In this document: piece by piece, positions 1 through 10,005 of the stretch
Position numbering within the stretch: position 1 is the first letter of the stretch
How the letters are laid out: every line of letters begins with the position of its first letter
Source: a virus
Lineage: Duplodnaviria; Caudoviricetes
Direction: 5' to 3' (one strand)
DNA: 51,825 bases
IMG/VR virus record: IMGVR_UViG_3300043161_000008
Span: 1-51,825 of that record
Notes under the pieces: model-generated
What the model was told of the DNA's origin: nothing
The model's input: the letters and a program-made list of their open reading frames with translations, nothing else
Databases searched by the model: none
Made by a program: the position numbers and the translations under genes

Positions 1-202
1 GAAGAGGAAAGAATAGCACGCGTTTGGAAACTTGCAGCCTCTTGATCGAAATACTTCTGCGCCATTGGAGATGAGAACGTACCGCGCATCTCATTACGCA
101 TATCAGCAATGTTTTTTAAATGGGCTGGTAATGCATTCTTGGCCTCGATCCCTTGAAGGGAGTCGAAGTCTGCCTGCGCCTGTCCTGCTTTATTGGTGAA
201 GT
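1..202. repeat. Terminal direct overlap, copy 1 (circular assembly overlap)
   Basis: 1-202 matches 51624-51825 except position 77 (A) vs 51700 (G); an ORF reads through the junction. Confidence 0.95.
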
Positions 203-422
203 CGATGACCTTATTCCTCGCCTCGGTCTCATTCGCGAGGTCCTTAAGTGCGATCGCCCGAGAAAAGAGTTCATTCCCAACCTGATCAGTCGTCGTCCCA
301 AGATGCTGTAACGCCGCCCCGATGTTCTCGCCGAAGGCTGCGCCAGGAGTGGAGACGGAGATGCTCTCCCCAGGCGAGGTAGGTTCAGCGGTCGGGAATT
401 TCTGGTAAGGGACGTTTGGCAT
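1..422 (-). CDS. N-terminal part of an internal virion (ejection) protein that continues across the circular junction into 50258..51724 (about 595 aa in total)
   Basis: ATG at 422 (MPNVPYQKFPTAEP...) is 107 codons upstream of, and in frame with, the MRNEMRG start at 101/51724; no stop between; position equals T7 gp15. Confidence 0.75.
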   Translation of the reverse strand, partial: MPNVPYQKFPTAEPTSPGESISVSTPGAAFGENIGAALQHLGTTTDQVGNELFSRAIALKDLANETEARNKVIDFTNKAGQAQADFDSLQGIEAKNALPAHLKNIADMRNEMRGTFSSPMAQKYFDQEAASFQTRAILSS

Positions 423-425
423 CAA

Positions 426-1019
426 CTATCCAGTGTATATGCTTGGGTCTTTGCCACCACCGCCAGTGTCACTTGGGTCACCAGTGCCAAAGCTCTGCCC
501 ATACTGAGCCCACTTCGCTGCAACGTTTCCTGCCCCACCGATCACAGAGCTTACCGCACCAAGAATCCCACTCGTCTTGGAGGTCGAGGCGGCCACATCA
601 AAGGCCCCCGCCTGTGCAGTATCCGCAGCGCCTTTCACGTCAAAACCATAAGCCCGCTTGGCGGTGTTGGCTCGGATGGTGGCCTCGTTCTCTTGGCCAA
701 TTGCTGTCTCGCTAGAGACTACTCTTGCCCCGCTACCGCGCGTGATATCCACATTCCCCGCTGCCATCCCCGCGCGGGTTGCCCCAACCTCGGCCCGCGT
801 CCGCATTCCCGCATTCGTCGCCTCAACCCCTCCCGCCTCAGTGGCGTAAGCCGAGTCCTGCTTCGCGATGGCGGCATTGACCTGCGCCACCCCCGCTTGG
901 TACTTGTACATATTCGACTGGGCCTGCCCTTGAAACAGGTTCCCAATCACGCTCGTAACTCCGCCACCAATGGAAGTACCTAGAGCAAGAGTAGCTGCTG
1001 GCCCTGCGGCTAATGCCAT
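426..1019 (-). CDS. Internal virion protein (T7 gp14-like position)
   Basis: Ala/Gly/Gln-rich, hydrophobic N-terminus, 'RAGMAAGNVDITRGS' segment typical of podovirus ejection proteins; synteny. Confidence 0.65.
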   Translation of the reverse strand: MALAAGPAATLALGTSIGGGVTSVIGNLFQGQAQSNMYKYQAGVAQVNAAIAKQDSAYATEAGGVEATNAGMRTRAEVGATRAGMAAGNVDITRGSGARVVSSETAIGQENEATIRANTAKRAYGFDVKGAADTAQAGAFDVAASTSKTSGILGAVSSVIGGAGNVAAKWAQYGQSFGTGDPSDTGGGGKDPSIYTG

Positions 1020-1020
1020 T

Positions 1021-1437
1021 CTACTTAGCCCTTATCGTAAACGGCGCCCGCCCTGCAACTATCGGTCCGAACTCCCCACCAAGCCAACGTATCCACCGCT
1101 TAGCGGAAGGGTTGTAACCAACGACATCGCCGATGATAGTAGGGTATCTCTTCAAAGCCTCTTCGATGTACCGTTGCGAATGGCGGATAAAAAGGAACTT
1201 ATGCTCGACGATAATATCGGTAGTGAGCAACCAGAGATATGCAGTGTTGCTTAGCACCGTTGGTGGGATCAATCCCCACGCGCAGGCGACCTTACCATCC
1301 ACAAGCCCCTGCCTAATCTCGATCGAGCGCCACATACACTCCCTAAGCACCTCCTCAGCGCCAGGGAGGTCAGCCACCGGCGAGCGCTGGATCAGGTCGC
1401 TGGTGTTAGTAGGAGCCTTGGCTAGGATATCTATCAT
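1021..1437 (-). CDS. T7 gp13-like / GNAT-fold internal virion protein
   Basis: 'ACAWGL...YLWLLTT...NPSAKRWIRWLGGEF' pattern; directly downstream of tail tubular B; start moved to the MIDIL ATG overlapping the upstream stop. Confidence 0.65.
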   Translation of the reverse strand: MIDILAKAPTNTSDLIQRSPVADLPGAEEVLRECMWRSIEIRQGLVDGKVACAWGLIPPTVLSNTAYLWLLTTDIIVEHKFLFIRHSQRYIEEALKRYPTIIGDVVGYNPSAKRWIRWLGGEFGPIVAGRAPFTIRAK

Positions 1438-4400
1438 TTGGTGTCGCCTAAAGATACCTCTGGAAACGCCCCAAGGATCGTAGCGGGGTAGGGGAGGTTC
1501 TGCTGAATGCAATAGTTCCCCGCCTCGTCCCAGGCTGTGTCGATGATAGTCCGACCATCGCCACTTACCAAACCTGTAACCATTGCTGGGCCGGTGGAGG
1601 TGGTAGGAACGTTACCTAAAGTAAAATCTTTCATCGGCTTCGCGCCAGCAAAAGTCCTTCCAATGCTAATCCCCAGAGTGTCAGCCACCCTTACCGTGAT
1701 CCCAGTGATCTTCTTTCGCTTCCCCTGCACCGTTGGCTCACCGAGGTCCAGCGGGAGGGTCTGCAACTGAGGTAAGTACGCAAGACCCAGGGTTATCTTC
1801 GAGGCGGTAAGGCCCAAGGCGACGGAGCCAGTCGCGGAGACGACAAATGGGCCGACTACGACACCGTCGGCGACTCCAACTACAGATTGACCGATCAGTT
1901 GGGTAAGGCCGGACACGCTTGTGACTGGAAGCCATAGGGTCCATTGAGTGGTTACGAAAGGGATGCCGGTGTAGAGGTTGGCAGCGGCTATTGCCTGGGT
2001 GATGTTGACTGTGCAATGCGCCCCATCAGCCACGGCGGTGATAGTCATTACCCCACTGCCAACGCGGATGACGTCGCCGATGTTGCCTGCGGTGAGGCCG
2101 ATGCTTGGGGAGAAGACTACGGGTACGCCAGGGCCAACCGCGCTGCTAGCCACTGCCACAGAGGTACCTGCTGTTGACCCTGCTTGCCCTGTAGCGTAGG
2201 GGGTCGTTTGCAACGCACAGTCCACTGACCAAGCGTCTTCATAGCCATAGGTAAAGTACCGATCCGCCATACGCTCGACGTACTGAACGGTGTTGCCATT
2301 GATGATCCGTTCGACAATGAAGTAGACTGCGTCAACGATGTTGCCGTTTACATTCTCGATAACTGAGCAGACCGACTTGAACTGGCCGTTCGTGTCGTGA
2401 TGACTCCACCCTTCAATCTCGTCCTTCACAAACCCAAGGCTCACCAACTGACCATCCCCGCGGACGCACCAGAGGGTTTTGAAAGGCTCCTCGCTCCAGG
2501 CCCAATCAAGCATGTAGTAGTTGAAGAAGAGATGATTAGAGATGACGCTGATGTCGCGCCCGGTGAAGATTTGAGCGTAGAGGTTGTAGGTCAGGTCGCG
2601 GACGTAGTTGCCCTTGTTAGTAACGTAAAGGGCGTCCATATTAATCTTAATCGGCCGCATATCATTCGCGCCGTTGAAGCCTTGAGGCTGCGCGGTTTGG
2701 TTACTCGGGGTGATCGGGACTTGGGTGGAGATGCCTCCACCGCCGTTGATAAGCCACGCGCCCTTACCAGTAAAGGCAATCATCCCTGTTGGGACGGGGG
2801 TTAGGTTCCGAATGTCGTTAAGTTCTTCGGCGATGATGGTGCCGCTGATAGCGTCATCGTCTTGAGACGGGTTAGAAGTGTCGTAGTTGAAAAATGATCC
2901 TGGCTGAGAAAGGTTATATGACTGCGCTGCGGTGGTTTGGTTTGCCAACATCAAGCGTTGCTGGAGGAACCCAGGCACTCCAGGGTTCCCTCCAGTTGTT
3001 GTAAATAGGGTTGCCGTTGCAGTAGCTGCACCAGAGGAGAAGGAAACTCCTGGAGTGGTGGTGTATCCAGCGCCGGGCATGGTCACACTGAGGGTGTTTA
3101 TGTCCCAAGTTAAATTGGCGGTGATATTATTCGACGGGGTTCCAGGCCGATAGAATGTACCTGGGGAAGGTAAGGCGTTCCCCGCCCCTGTTGCGTTACC
3201 ACCACTAACGATGAATAAAGTTAATGGATTGCCAAAGCCATCAACAGTCCCAACGCCTAGCACAACGCCTAATACTGGTGCGATGGAGGAACTGAGATAG
3301 ACAATATTACCAGCTTGGAATACCCCTTGTGAAGAGACTACGCTCGCTGCACTGACCTGCATCGCTGCAAGGCCCTGAGCAGGGTAGCCACCAGCAGGTG
3401 GGGCAGCGATGATGACTGAGGGGATGGTAGTGTAGTTATCATTCCCGGTCAAGGTTAGTAATTGTACCCCCGCGCCTTGGAAGGGGTTCTGCGGGATCGG
3501 TGGGGTCTGTGAAAAATCGGGGTCAATGCCCGGGAATGCATCAAGAAAGGTGATGTCAGTGCAATTGCCGATAAAGCCATAAGGGGCCCCGGATTGGATC
3601 GCGGTAGTTAACGCCGGAGAGGCCTTATAGACATTATAACTTACCGCCCCTGGTACTGCTGTCCAAGCGATTTTGTTAGTCATCCCAGCGGAGGAGATAA
3701 GCTGAATGTTGGAGATAGTTCCTGGGACTGACGGTGGGCTTTCTTGATTATTAATATCCAAGGCCGTGACGAGGTAGGCATAGTTCCATCCCGCGCCGGT
3801 ACCAGAAGTGGAGGTGATTGTCGGTGTAGCCGGGGTGCCAATCGTCGCGCCGAAGTTGATTACAGACAAGGTCCAATTCGCCGGGGCAACGATGGTTAAG
3901 ATTTGCGGCTGGTAACTTGGATGACAGATAATCATCGAAGTTACATCTTGGACGAATTTGATCCCGGGGTTGCCGGTAAGGGGATTTGGAAATAGATCGG
4001 TAACGGCGTAAGGGGAGGTGATGGTGTAAACGCGTTGAGCGGTGCCGCTGATAAAAGCGCCGAAGGTCGTGGTGTTAATAACATTGCCGTTAAGATCAGT
4101 AAGGGAGTAATGATCAGCGTCGATCTTAACAACAATGTAATAGTTCGCGTTAAGCTGTGCCATCCCCAAGATGAGCAGGAACACCCAATCACCAGTGGCG
4201 TAACCATGTGCTACATCGTGGACCACGCCAGGATTTGCCTGAGTGATCCCAGCGATCGTCGTCGCGGTTTCGAGGATCGGAGAGCCGTTGGAGTAGAACC
4301 GGATGTAGTTCTGACCAAACTCAAGCTCGTAGCTGATCGTGGTTGAGGGCTGGAAAGGGATTAGTCTCGCGCCAAGGGATTTACATTGGTTGATAAACTT

Positions 4401-4559
4401 CGTCCCCTGGCGAGTGGAGGCCCCACCGCCGGAGTAGTCGATATAGAAGTTACGAAGGAGCGCCGCGCCTGAGCGGTACTTCTGCACATCCACGCGCGAG
4501 CGGAGCTTAGGGGCCCACTCGCCAGAAGCAAAGGATGTTTGGATTGCGGGTTGGGCCAT
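1434..4559 (-). CDS. Tail tubular protein B (nozzle), with inserted beta-rich domains
   Basis: N-terminal 'QTSFASGEWAPKLRSRVD...Y...LRNF...GG...RQGT', 'RLIPFQ...YELEFGQNYIRFY', 'GWSHHDTNGQF' typical of podovirus nozzle proteins. Confidence 0.8.
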   Translation of the reverse strand: MAQPAIQTSFASGEWAPKLRSRVDVQKYRSGAALLRNFYIDYSGGGASTRQGTKFINQCKSLGARLIPFQPSTTISYELEFGQNYIRFYSNGSPILETATTIAGITQANPGVVHDVAHGYATGDWVFLLILGMAQLNANYYIVVKIDADHYSLTDLNGNVINTTTFGAFISGTAQRVYTITSPYAVTDLFPNPLTGNPGIKFVQDVTSMIICHPSYQPQILTIVAPANWTLSVINFGATIGTPATPTITSTSGTGAGWNYAYLVTALDINNQESPPSVPGTISNIQLISSAGMTNKIAWTAVPGAVSYNVYKASPALTTAIQSGAPYGFIGNCTDITFLDAFPGIDPDFSQTPPIPQNPFQGAGVQLLTLTGNDNYTTIPSVIIAAPPAGGYPAQGLAAMQVSAASVVSSQGVFQAGNIVYLSSSIAPVLGVVLGVGTVDGFGNPLTLFIVSGGNATGAGNALPSPGTFYRPGTPSNNITANLTWDINTLSVTMPGAGYTTTPGVSFSSGAATATATLFTTTGGNPGVPGFLQQRLMLANQTTAAQSYNLSQPGSFFNYDTSNPSQDDDAISGTIIAEELNDIRNLTPVPTGMIAFTGKGAWLINGGGGISTQVPITPSNQTAQPQGFNGANDMRPIKINMDALYVTNKGNYVRDLTYNLYAQIFTGRDISVISNHLFFNYYMLDWAWSEEPFKTLWCVRGDGQLVSLGFVKDEIEGWSHHDTNGQFKSVCSVIENVNGNIVDAVYFIVERIINGNTVQYVERMADRYFTYGYEDAWSVDCALQTTPYATGQAGSTAGTSVAVASSAVGPGVPVVFSPSIGLTAGNIGDVIRVGSGVMTITAVADGAHCTVNITQAIAAANLYTGIPFVTTQWTLWLPVTSVSGLTQLIGQSVVGVADGVVVGPFVVSATGSVALGLTASKITLGLAYLPQLQTLPLDLGEPTVQGKRKKITGITVRVADTLGISIGRTFAGAKPMKDFTLGNVPTTSTGPAMVTGLVSGDGRTIIDTAWDEAGNYCIQQNLPYPATILGAFPEVSLGDTK

Positions 4560-5689
4560 CAGAATGCGCTGAGAAGCGGCCCCCAATTAAAGCCACCGAT
4601 GGAGGAAGAGTATTCCCAGTTAGGAACGCCGGCCCCTCTAATCCGAAGCCAATCAGGTAGCACATCATTCACCGTCAGCCCTTCATTCCCATCCACCTTC
4701 CGTGCCTCGATCACAGCATTGTTCGCATGCTGGATTTCCATATTCGCCTTTTGCTTATCCCCATGGAGTTGGTAACCGACGTAGGCGGCGAGGCCGTGAC
4801 ACCAAGCGGAGATGAACAACGGGTCCATCACATTCGGATCGGTGACTTGCTTGACATAGGCGAGAGTCGCGAACTCCTGCCCGGTCCAGATCACGCGCTG
4901 ATCAGTCTGAGCAGAGAAAGTGACGATGAACGTGGCGCCTGAGCCCGAGCCAGTGGTAGAGGCTTGGGCCATTGGCGAAGGTTGAATAGCGAAGTATTGA
5001 CCTGAGAGGGGTTCGGTATTCTCAGGCTGGGATTGGGCGAAGGTATTGACTAGAGCGACGCCGGTGATGACACCCCCTGCACCGACGGTGGTCACGAGGA
5101 ATATCGCTGGACCGCCGATCGGTGGATTGTTAGTTGGGATGTTTGATGGTGAGTATAACCCTGGAGCAGCGTAGATTAGATCACCGACTGCGTATCCAAG
5201 GCCGCCCGCGGCAACACCAACGGTGTTAACAGAATAGAATTGGTCAATACCAATCTTGAATGGGGAGGGTGGGGAACCGAAGTTGGTTGGTGCACCCGCC
5301 CCGACGGCGGTGACTGCGGTGGTGATCGGGATGCCACCAGCAAAGCCAGTGTTGAGCCAAGGGACAATCCAACAAGCACGGAGGCAATCACCGGGGTAGG
5401 CATATTCGTAGCTCCAAGGCGGGGCTGGTTGGCCCTTGACCCAAGTTTGAGTTATCTGAGAAGTGTTCTCTGGGGTCCCGGGGGTGGAGGTGATGTAGTT
5501 AAGGTTGTTGAAGTTAAAAGCACAATCCCAAGGAGCCATTCGAAGGAGTTCGTCTCGAAGGGAGTAGATGACGAGGGAGGTCTGGATCGCCTCGTTCGAG
5601 GTCTGGTTAGTGAACTCGCTGGCGGACATGTTGGTGCGAGTGCCCGCCAGCTGTAGGGCTCGATTACCGATATCGACGAGGGCGACCAT
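4559..5689 (-). CDS. Tail tubular protein A (adaptor) with internal insertion
   Basis: 'VDIGNRAL..AG', 'LRDELLRMAPWDCA', 'WSYEYAYPGDCLR', 'MDPLFISA' match T7 gp11-like adaptors. Confidence 0.75.
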   Translation of the reverse strand: MVALVDIGNRALQLAGTRTNMSASEFTNQTSNEAIQTSLVIYSLRDELLRMAPWDCAFNFNNLNYITSTPGTPENTSQITQTWVKGQPAPPWSYEYAYPGDCLRACWIVPWLNTGFAGGIPITTAVTAVGAGAPTNFGSPPSPFKIGIDQFYSVNTVGVAAGGLGYAVGDLIYAAPGLYSPSNIPTNNPPIGGPAIFLVTTVGAGGVITGVALVNTFAQSQPENTEPLSGQYFAIQPSPMAQASTTGSGSGATFIVTFSAQTDQRVIWTGQEFATLAYVKQVTDPNVMDPLFISAWCHGLAAYVGYQLHGDKQKANMEIQHANNAVIEARKVDGNEGLTVNDVLPDWLRIRGAGVPNWEYSSSIGGFNWGPLLSAF

Positions 5690-5878
5690 TTACTTCTGCG
5701 TGCCGCAGTTGCCGTGGTTGGTGCCGTGGAGGCCGGGGCCTTGTTCCATCTGGCCCTTAGGGCCCTTCGGCGGGTCGTAAGGAAGCGGCTTGCATTCCAC
5801 CTGCCCGCTCCCGCTCATGCGAGAGGCTTGGGGCTTGGGAGTATCTGGCCCGAAGCCGGAGAGGATATCTCTTGCCAT
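5690..5878 (-). CDS. Hypothetical protein
   Basis: ORF abutting both neighbours in the late operon. Confidence 0.55.
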   Translation of the reverse strand: MARDILSGFGPDTPKPQASRMSGSGQVECKPLPYDPPKGPKGQMEQGPGLHGTNHGNCGTQK

Positions 5879-6346
5879 TTAATCCACCCTGTTGGTATCG
5901 TATTCATCAGCTGGGATCGCACGACGAACGATCTTAGGCTCCTCACTCCCAGCCGACTCTGCCTCATCAGGCTCGTTCTTTGTCTCATTAGCCTTCTTGG
6001 CTCGAGCCTCAGCAAGGGCTACGTCTTGCTTCGCGCGATCTTCACGATCCTTCGCTACTTGCACGCCAGGAGGGAGCGGAGGCTGTTGCGGTTTGTTGGT
6101 AAGCTCAGCCTTTTTGGCTTCGTCCTCAGCGATCTTCTTTGCCTTTACAGCTTCATCGAGTTTCTTTGCTGCGGCGGCCTTTGCTTGCTCAGCAAGGTAT
6201 TTATCATGTTCGACCTTCGCGTCGCGGTTGTGTTCGAGAAGCTCTTTCATTGCCAAGCCACCCAGGGCGCCTAGCTGGGCAGGGTGCCCTGCGGCCTCTT
6301 TGACGATATGCAGTAGTGCGGCTACACGGTTAATATCCATTGGCAT
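5879..6346 (-). CDS. Hypothetical Lys/Ala/Glu-rich protein
   Basis: Coupled ORF with upstream GGAG; helical low-complexity sequence. Confidence 0.6.
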   Translation of the reverse strand: MPMDINRVAALLHIVKEAAGHPAQLGALGGLAMKELLEHNRDAKVEHDKYLAEQAKAAAAKKLDEAVKAKKIAEDEAKKAELTNKPQQPPLPPGVQVAKDREDRAKQDVALAEARAKKANETKNEPDEAESAGSEEPKIVRRAIPADEYDTNRVD

Positions 6347-6558
6347 TAGTCATGTCTCCTTTGTGATCCGCCGTGGTGGATAGTTCGTCCTTCATCGTGA
6401 GGGGCGGAGAACCCACGACCTTTGTTGAGTGCCTTGGCTCCTCCAGGGAGGGTACCAGGGACATCAGTGGCCTTGTTGCCAAGGGCGAGACCGATTTGCG
6501 AAACCCCTTTCACGCTCATCGCGTGAGGAATGGGTTCGACTTTCTTCGCGTTGCTCAT
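6346..6558 (-). CDS. Hypothetical protein
   Basis: Overlapping start/stop with both neighbours; AAGGAG upstream. Confidence 0.55.
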   Translation of the reverse strand: MSNAKKVEPIPHAMSVKGVSQIGLALGNKATDVPGTLPGGAKALNKGRGFSAPHDEGRTIHHGGSQRRHD

Positions 6559-6953
6559 GCTTGCTCCTTCGGGGGTGAAAGTTGCCGGGTATGATCCCAG
6601 CGGTTGGTTGGGTCCTTTGCCATCTCACGACGGATTTTTTCAAACTCGCCTCCGTCGGTATGTAAGATGTTTAGGAGTTGGCGAAGGCGATCGTCGCAGC
6701 GCTCAGCCTCGCGCTTTACATACTCTGGAGCCTGATGGCCACGACTTTCGTACATGTAGGTGATATCGCTGACGTCATGCATGTAGTCCATGAACCGGCG
6801 CATGTACTCCGGGATTTCTTTCTCTGCCTCGCGTTGGAAGTGAACAGCGCCGGTGAGAAGGACACGAATGGACTTTAGCTCCTGTGCGATGCGGAGGAGA
6901 ATGCCCTTATCGGAAAGGTCGTTGAGATCAACCTCGGGCTTCTCATTGGGCAT
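6555..6953 (-). CDS. Hypothetical protein
   Basis: ORF; probable start MPNEK at 6953 overlapping the end of the upstream gene. Confidence 0.6.
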   Translation of the reverse strand: MPNEKPEVDLNDLSDKGILLRIAQELKSIRVLLTGAVHFQREAEKEIPEYMRRFMDYMHDVSDITYMYESRGHQAPEYVKREAERCDDRLRQLLNILHTDGGEFEKIRREMAKDPTNRWDHTRQLSPPKEQA

Positions 6954-8571
6954 GGACTTGAGCCTTCGCGGTAAGTTGTAGCGCGGTACAGGTCCCACTC
7001 AGCCCCCAAGCGGTGAAGTCCCCTGCGGAGATTTGGGTCGATGACAGGCCAGAGGCGTTGAAGTAGATGCGGCCGCTGGCGGCGAGGGTGATCGCACCGA
7101 TCTGTGTTGGCGAAGCGCAGGTGACTGAGGTCCCACATTCGTAGTAGGTAATCGTCGGGGCGCCTGAGCAGGTGTATTGGAGAGTATCGGTTGCGAGGTT
7201 GTCAACGGTGGAGGAAACGTTCCAGGCAGTGTAGCCGGCCTTGGCGGTGAGGACGGAGTTGATCGGGCCGGTGGAATAGGCGTCGATGGTTTCGGCCCTG
7301 GTGGCGATGCCATTGTTATTGTACATGCCGATGCTAAGGGGCGTCCAACCTGGGTTGCCAGAACCATCCTCAAAAAAGAACTTCTGTACGCCACCAGTGT
7401 TACCAGCGATGGTTTGCCACCAAGAAGCTGAGCCTGCGAGATAGTAGACAATATCACCGTTACGCGTTGCGGTGGGCATTATACTATTAAGAAATGCACC
7501 TGATCCTTGCACATCCCCAGCCAAATCTTGATAACCGTTAAGGAAAGTGCATCCCCCTGAGCCTGGAAGAACAGTAGTGCACTTAGCATTGCTTGCGGTC
7601 AATAGAAGCCCAAGCCCCTGAAAGGTACCTTGTGGGCCAGTGCTTCCAGCAACGCCAGCGCCAGTGACGGACCAGTTGGATAGGTTTACCAGCGCACCGC
7701 TAGCGCCACCAGAACTGATCCAGCCGCCACCAGCCCACGAGACTGCGCTTGGTATATTAGTGGGGCCGCCAGCAAAGTAGTTGGCTGAGCCACTCGTAAT
7801 TAAATGGTAACTAGAAAGAAAGTTTCCAACAATCGTTTCACCAGTGGCGCCTAAGTTGACAAAGCCACCATCGGCGATGCTTATATGCCCACCACGCGTC
7901 CCCCAAGTTCCCCAATACACGTTGTTGTAATCAGCAATCGCTGCTTGCCCTGCGTTTTGGATGCCAATAGAGCCATTGCCTCCAGTGAACTCAAGACAGC
8001 TAATGGAAGTTAGGCCTAAGTCCTTAATCTCAATCCCATTATCACTAGCTGGAACCGCGAGTACGACGTTAGTTGGGGTGGCACAATCACCTATGATAGC
8101 AGTTAGAATAGTGGCACTACCTCCACTATCACCAAAGATACCACACATTTCATTATTGCTATCAACGGCGGTGTAGGTGCCATCAGCAAGGTTAATAGTC
8201 AATGAACCCGAAATAGATTGAAGAAATGTTCCCAGCGCAGTGCGCATTGCACAAGCACCATGCAAGGTACAGGGAGTGCTAGAGTTGGTACAGGTGTTAT
8301 TAGTATCTGAGCCGGTTGGGCTAGCATATAGTTGAGTGCCTTGAGGAAGAAGGTAGAAGCCATTGACTAGATTGGTAGGAGAGGAAAACATCGGAACGTA
8401 GTTGGCAGTTCCGTTTGCCGTAGCAGCCCCGGAGGAGGAAAAGAACCCTGGGACGTTTGGTGAACCAGTTAAGTTCCCGCAGAGGGTATTGGCCGGGGCG
8501 ACGCCGGTGCACTGAGCAAAGGCCGTTGATGGAGCCAACAATAGTGTAAGCGCGAGGAGCCATTTCTTCAT
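6943..8571 (-). CDS. Signal-peptide-bearing tailspike/fibre-like protein (542 aa, 14 Cys)
   Basis: MKKWLLALTLLLAPSTAFA|Q Sec signal; 'LYASPTGSD...TINLADGTY' beta-helix entry motif; Gly/Ser/Thr-rich. Confidence 0.65.
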   Translation of the reverse strand: MKKWLLALTLLLAPSTAFAQCTGVAPANTLCGNLTGSPNVPGFFSSSGAATANGTANYVPMFSSPTNLVNGFYLLPQGTQLYASPTGSDTNNTCTNSSTPCTLHGACAMRTALGTFLQSISGSLTINLADGTYTAVDSNNEMCGIFGDSGGSATILTAIIGDCATPTNVVLAVPASDNGIEIKDLGLTSISCLEFTGGNGSIGIQNAGQAAIADYNNVYWGTWGTRGGHISIADGGFVNLGATGETIVGNFLSSYHLITSGSANYFAGGPTNIPSAVSWAGGGWISSGGASGALVNLSNWSVTGAGVAGSTGPQGTFQGLGLLLTASNAKCTTVLPGSGGCTFLNGYQDLAGDVQGSGAFLNSIMPTATRNGDIVYYLAGSASWWQTIAGNTGGVQKFFFEDGSGNPGWTPLSIGMYNNNGIATRAETIDAYSTGPINSVLTAKAGYTAWNVSSTVDNLATDTLQYTCSGAPTITYYECGTSVTCASPTQIGAITLAASGRIYFNASGLSSTQISAGDFTAWGLSGTCTALQLTAKAQVHAQ

Positions 8572-8993
8572 TGTGCATTACTCCATCCCGCTGCGACGTT
8601 GCTTGGTTGGAGGATGAAGCCTCCATAGTTGGAGGTGATCTTGACAAAGGCTAAACCCATAATCGTCTCAGCGTTTGACTTAGGTTGGATGGTGATGTTA
8701 TGTGCTGCGGCGTTACCACCAATGTCAACAATGGTGACGTTAGCTTTGACGAAGGAGCCGGGAATGGTAACGCCATTAGCCACGTCAAGAGCAGATGGCA
8801 TAATAACCGTCACCGCCCCAGCAACGTTGACTTGGACGAGGTTGGTACTGAGGTCGAGGGTGTAGGTTCCAGCAGCGGTGATTAATAGCACATTCCGCTC
8901 AGGAGTTGAAACCCACCCAATTGAGGGGCCAAGATAGGTCCTAACCCATCGACGACCCGTACCGCCCTGATCGAGGTCCGTCTGCGAAGGCAT
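8568..8993 (-). CDS. Virion-associated fibre/adaptor-like protein, no signal peptide
   Basis: 'VTVIMP...IVDIGGNAAAHNITIQP...ETIMG...I.SNYG...W' module seen in phage fibre/baseplate proteins. Confidence 0.55.
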   Translation of the reverse strand: MPSQTDLDQGGTGRRWVRTYLGPSIGWVSTPERNVLLITAAGTYTLDLSTNLVQVNVAGAVTVIMPSALDVANGVTIPGSFVKANVTIVDIGGNAAAHNITIQPKSNAETIMGLAFVKITSNYGGFILQPSNVAAGWSNAQ

Positions 8994-9559
8994 TACGCGG
9001 CCCGCCGCTCGCCCTTGGTCGATTGCTTCGCCAAGAGGGTGATGATTTCGCTATTCTGTTTCATCATCGCGGTCATTGTGCCGAGGAGTTCGCCGATGCC
9101 TTCGATCTGCGGGGCCTTATGGACCTCGTCCTTGAGGGTATTCATCTGCCCCATCAGGGTGTCGATGACTTGATTAGAGAAGGCCGCTCGCTGAGAGTCG
9201 TCGTCGGTTCCAGGGGTGGGGTTCCAGATACCCTTCGAGCATTCAGCGGTGATGGCCTTGGCCTCGTCATCGAGCGGGAGCATACCAGGGGTGGGTTTGC
9301 CTTCAAAGACTACGTCGCGTTGGTTGACGCCAGGGGCGTCGGTGACGACGATGATGTAATCTTCGATATCCCGAGAGGGGAAGGTCGGGTCCGGCTGGCC
9401 GTGCTTGGTGAGGTCGTCAATCGACTTTGGGTCGAGTTGGAGAGGGACGGAGAAGACTTCCCGCTTCGGTCGCCCGGTTCGACGGTCGATGGAGTTGTAT
9501 TCCCAAGCGGTGCCGGGGACTTTGAGGTAGTGGGCTTCGGTGAGTTTCCATCTAGCCAT
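8993..9559 (-). CDS. Phage hypothetical protein
   Basis: 188-aa ORF with GGAGAG upstream; ends in RRAA. Confidence 0.65.
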   Translation of the reverse strand: MARWKLTEAHYLKVPGTAWEYNSIDRRTGRPKREVFSVPLQLDPKSIDDLTKHGQPDPTFPSRDIEDYIIVVTDAPGVNQRDVVFEGKPTPGMLPLDDEAKAITAECSKGIWNPTPGTDDDSQRAAFSNQVIDTLMGQMNTLKDEVHKAPQIEGIGELLGTMTAMMKQNSEIITLLAKQSTKGERRAA

Positions 9560-9570
9560 AGTTTGCTCTC

Positions 9571-10005
9571 CTATTGAACTATCCAGTTTGAACCGTTACA
9601 AGTAACACCAATTGTTATCGCACCATTTCCAATTACTGTTGCGATCGCAACAGGACTTAGCGCGTCTGAAACGATGTACATTTGCCCCTTAGCGGCCGCG
9701 TTGCAGGTAGGAAGCTGGCTTCCTCCAGAACCGATTGTTGCCGCAGGCCGAGGCATACGAGCGGAAGCTAAGGCACCGGAAGCTATGTTAGCTGCATTTG
9801 TCGTATCGGTCGTCGCACTGGGAGCGAAGCTTACACTGTTAGTCTTTGTACAGGTAACTGTACCACTAGAGGTTGCTGTACAGTCGCCGCCAACTGAACC
9901 AAACACAGCAGCTATAGTAGAGCCGAAACTGTTGATACCATCGGCAACAGCGGCTCCAACCGAGAGGCCAATAAGAAGACCGATAATGCTACTGCGTATC
10001 GACAT
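9571..10005 (-). CDS. Signal-peptide-bearing short fibre-like protein (4 Cys)
   Basis: MSIRSSIIGLLIGLSVGAAVA|D; 'TNAANIASGALASARMP' fibre repeat; C-terminal 'LPTC...G.MYIVSD...CNGSNW' tip module. Confidence 0.6.
   Translation of the reverse strand: MSIRSSIIGLLIGLSVGAAVADGINSFGSTIAAVFGSVGGDCTATSSGTVTCTKTNSVSFAPSATTDTTNAANIASGALASARMPRPAATIGSGGSQLPTCNAAAKGQMYIVSDALSPVAIATVIGNGAITIGVTCNGSNWIVQ

Noticed and set aside
1-202. Biological direct terminal repeat
   Set aside because: It falls inside a continuous ORF and is better explained as circular assembly overlap
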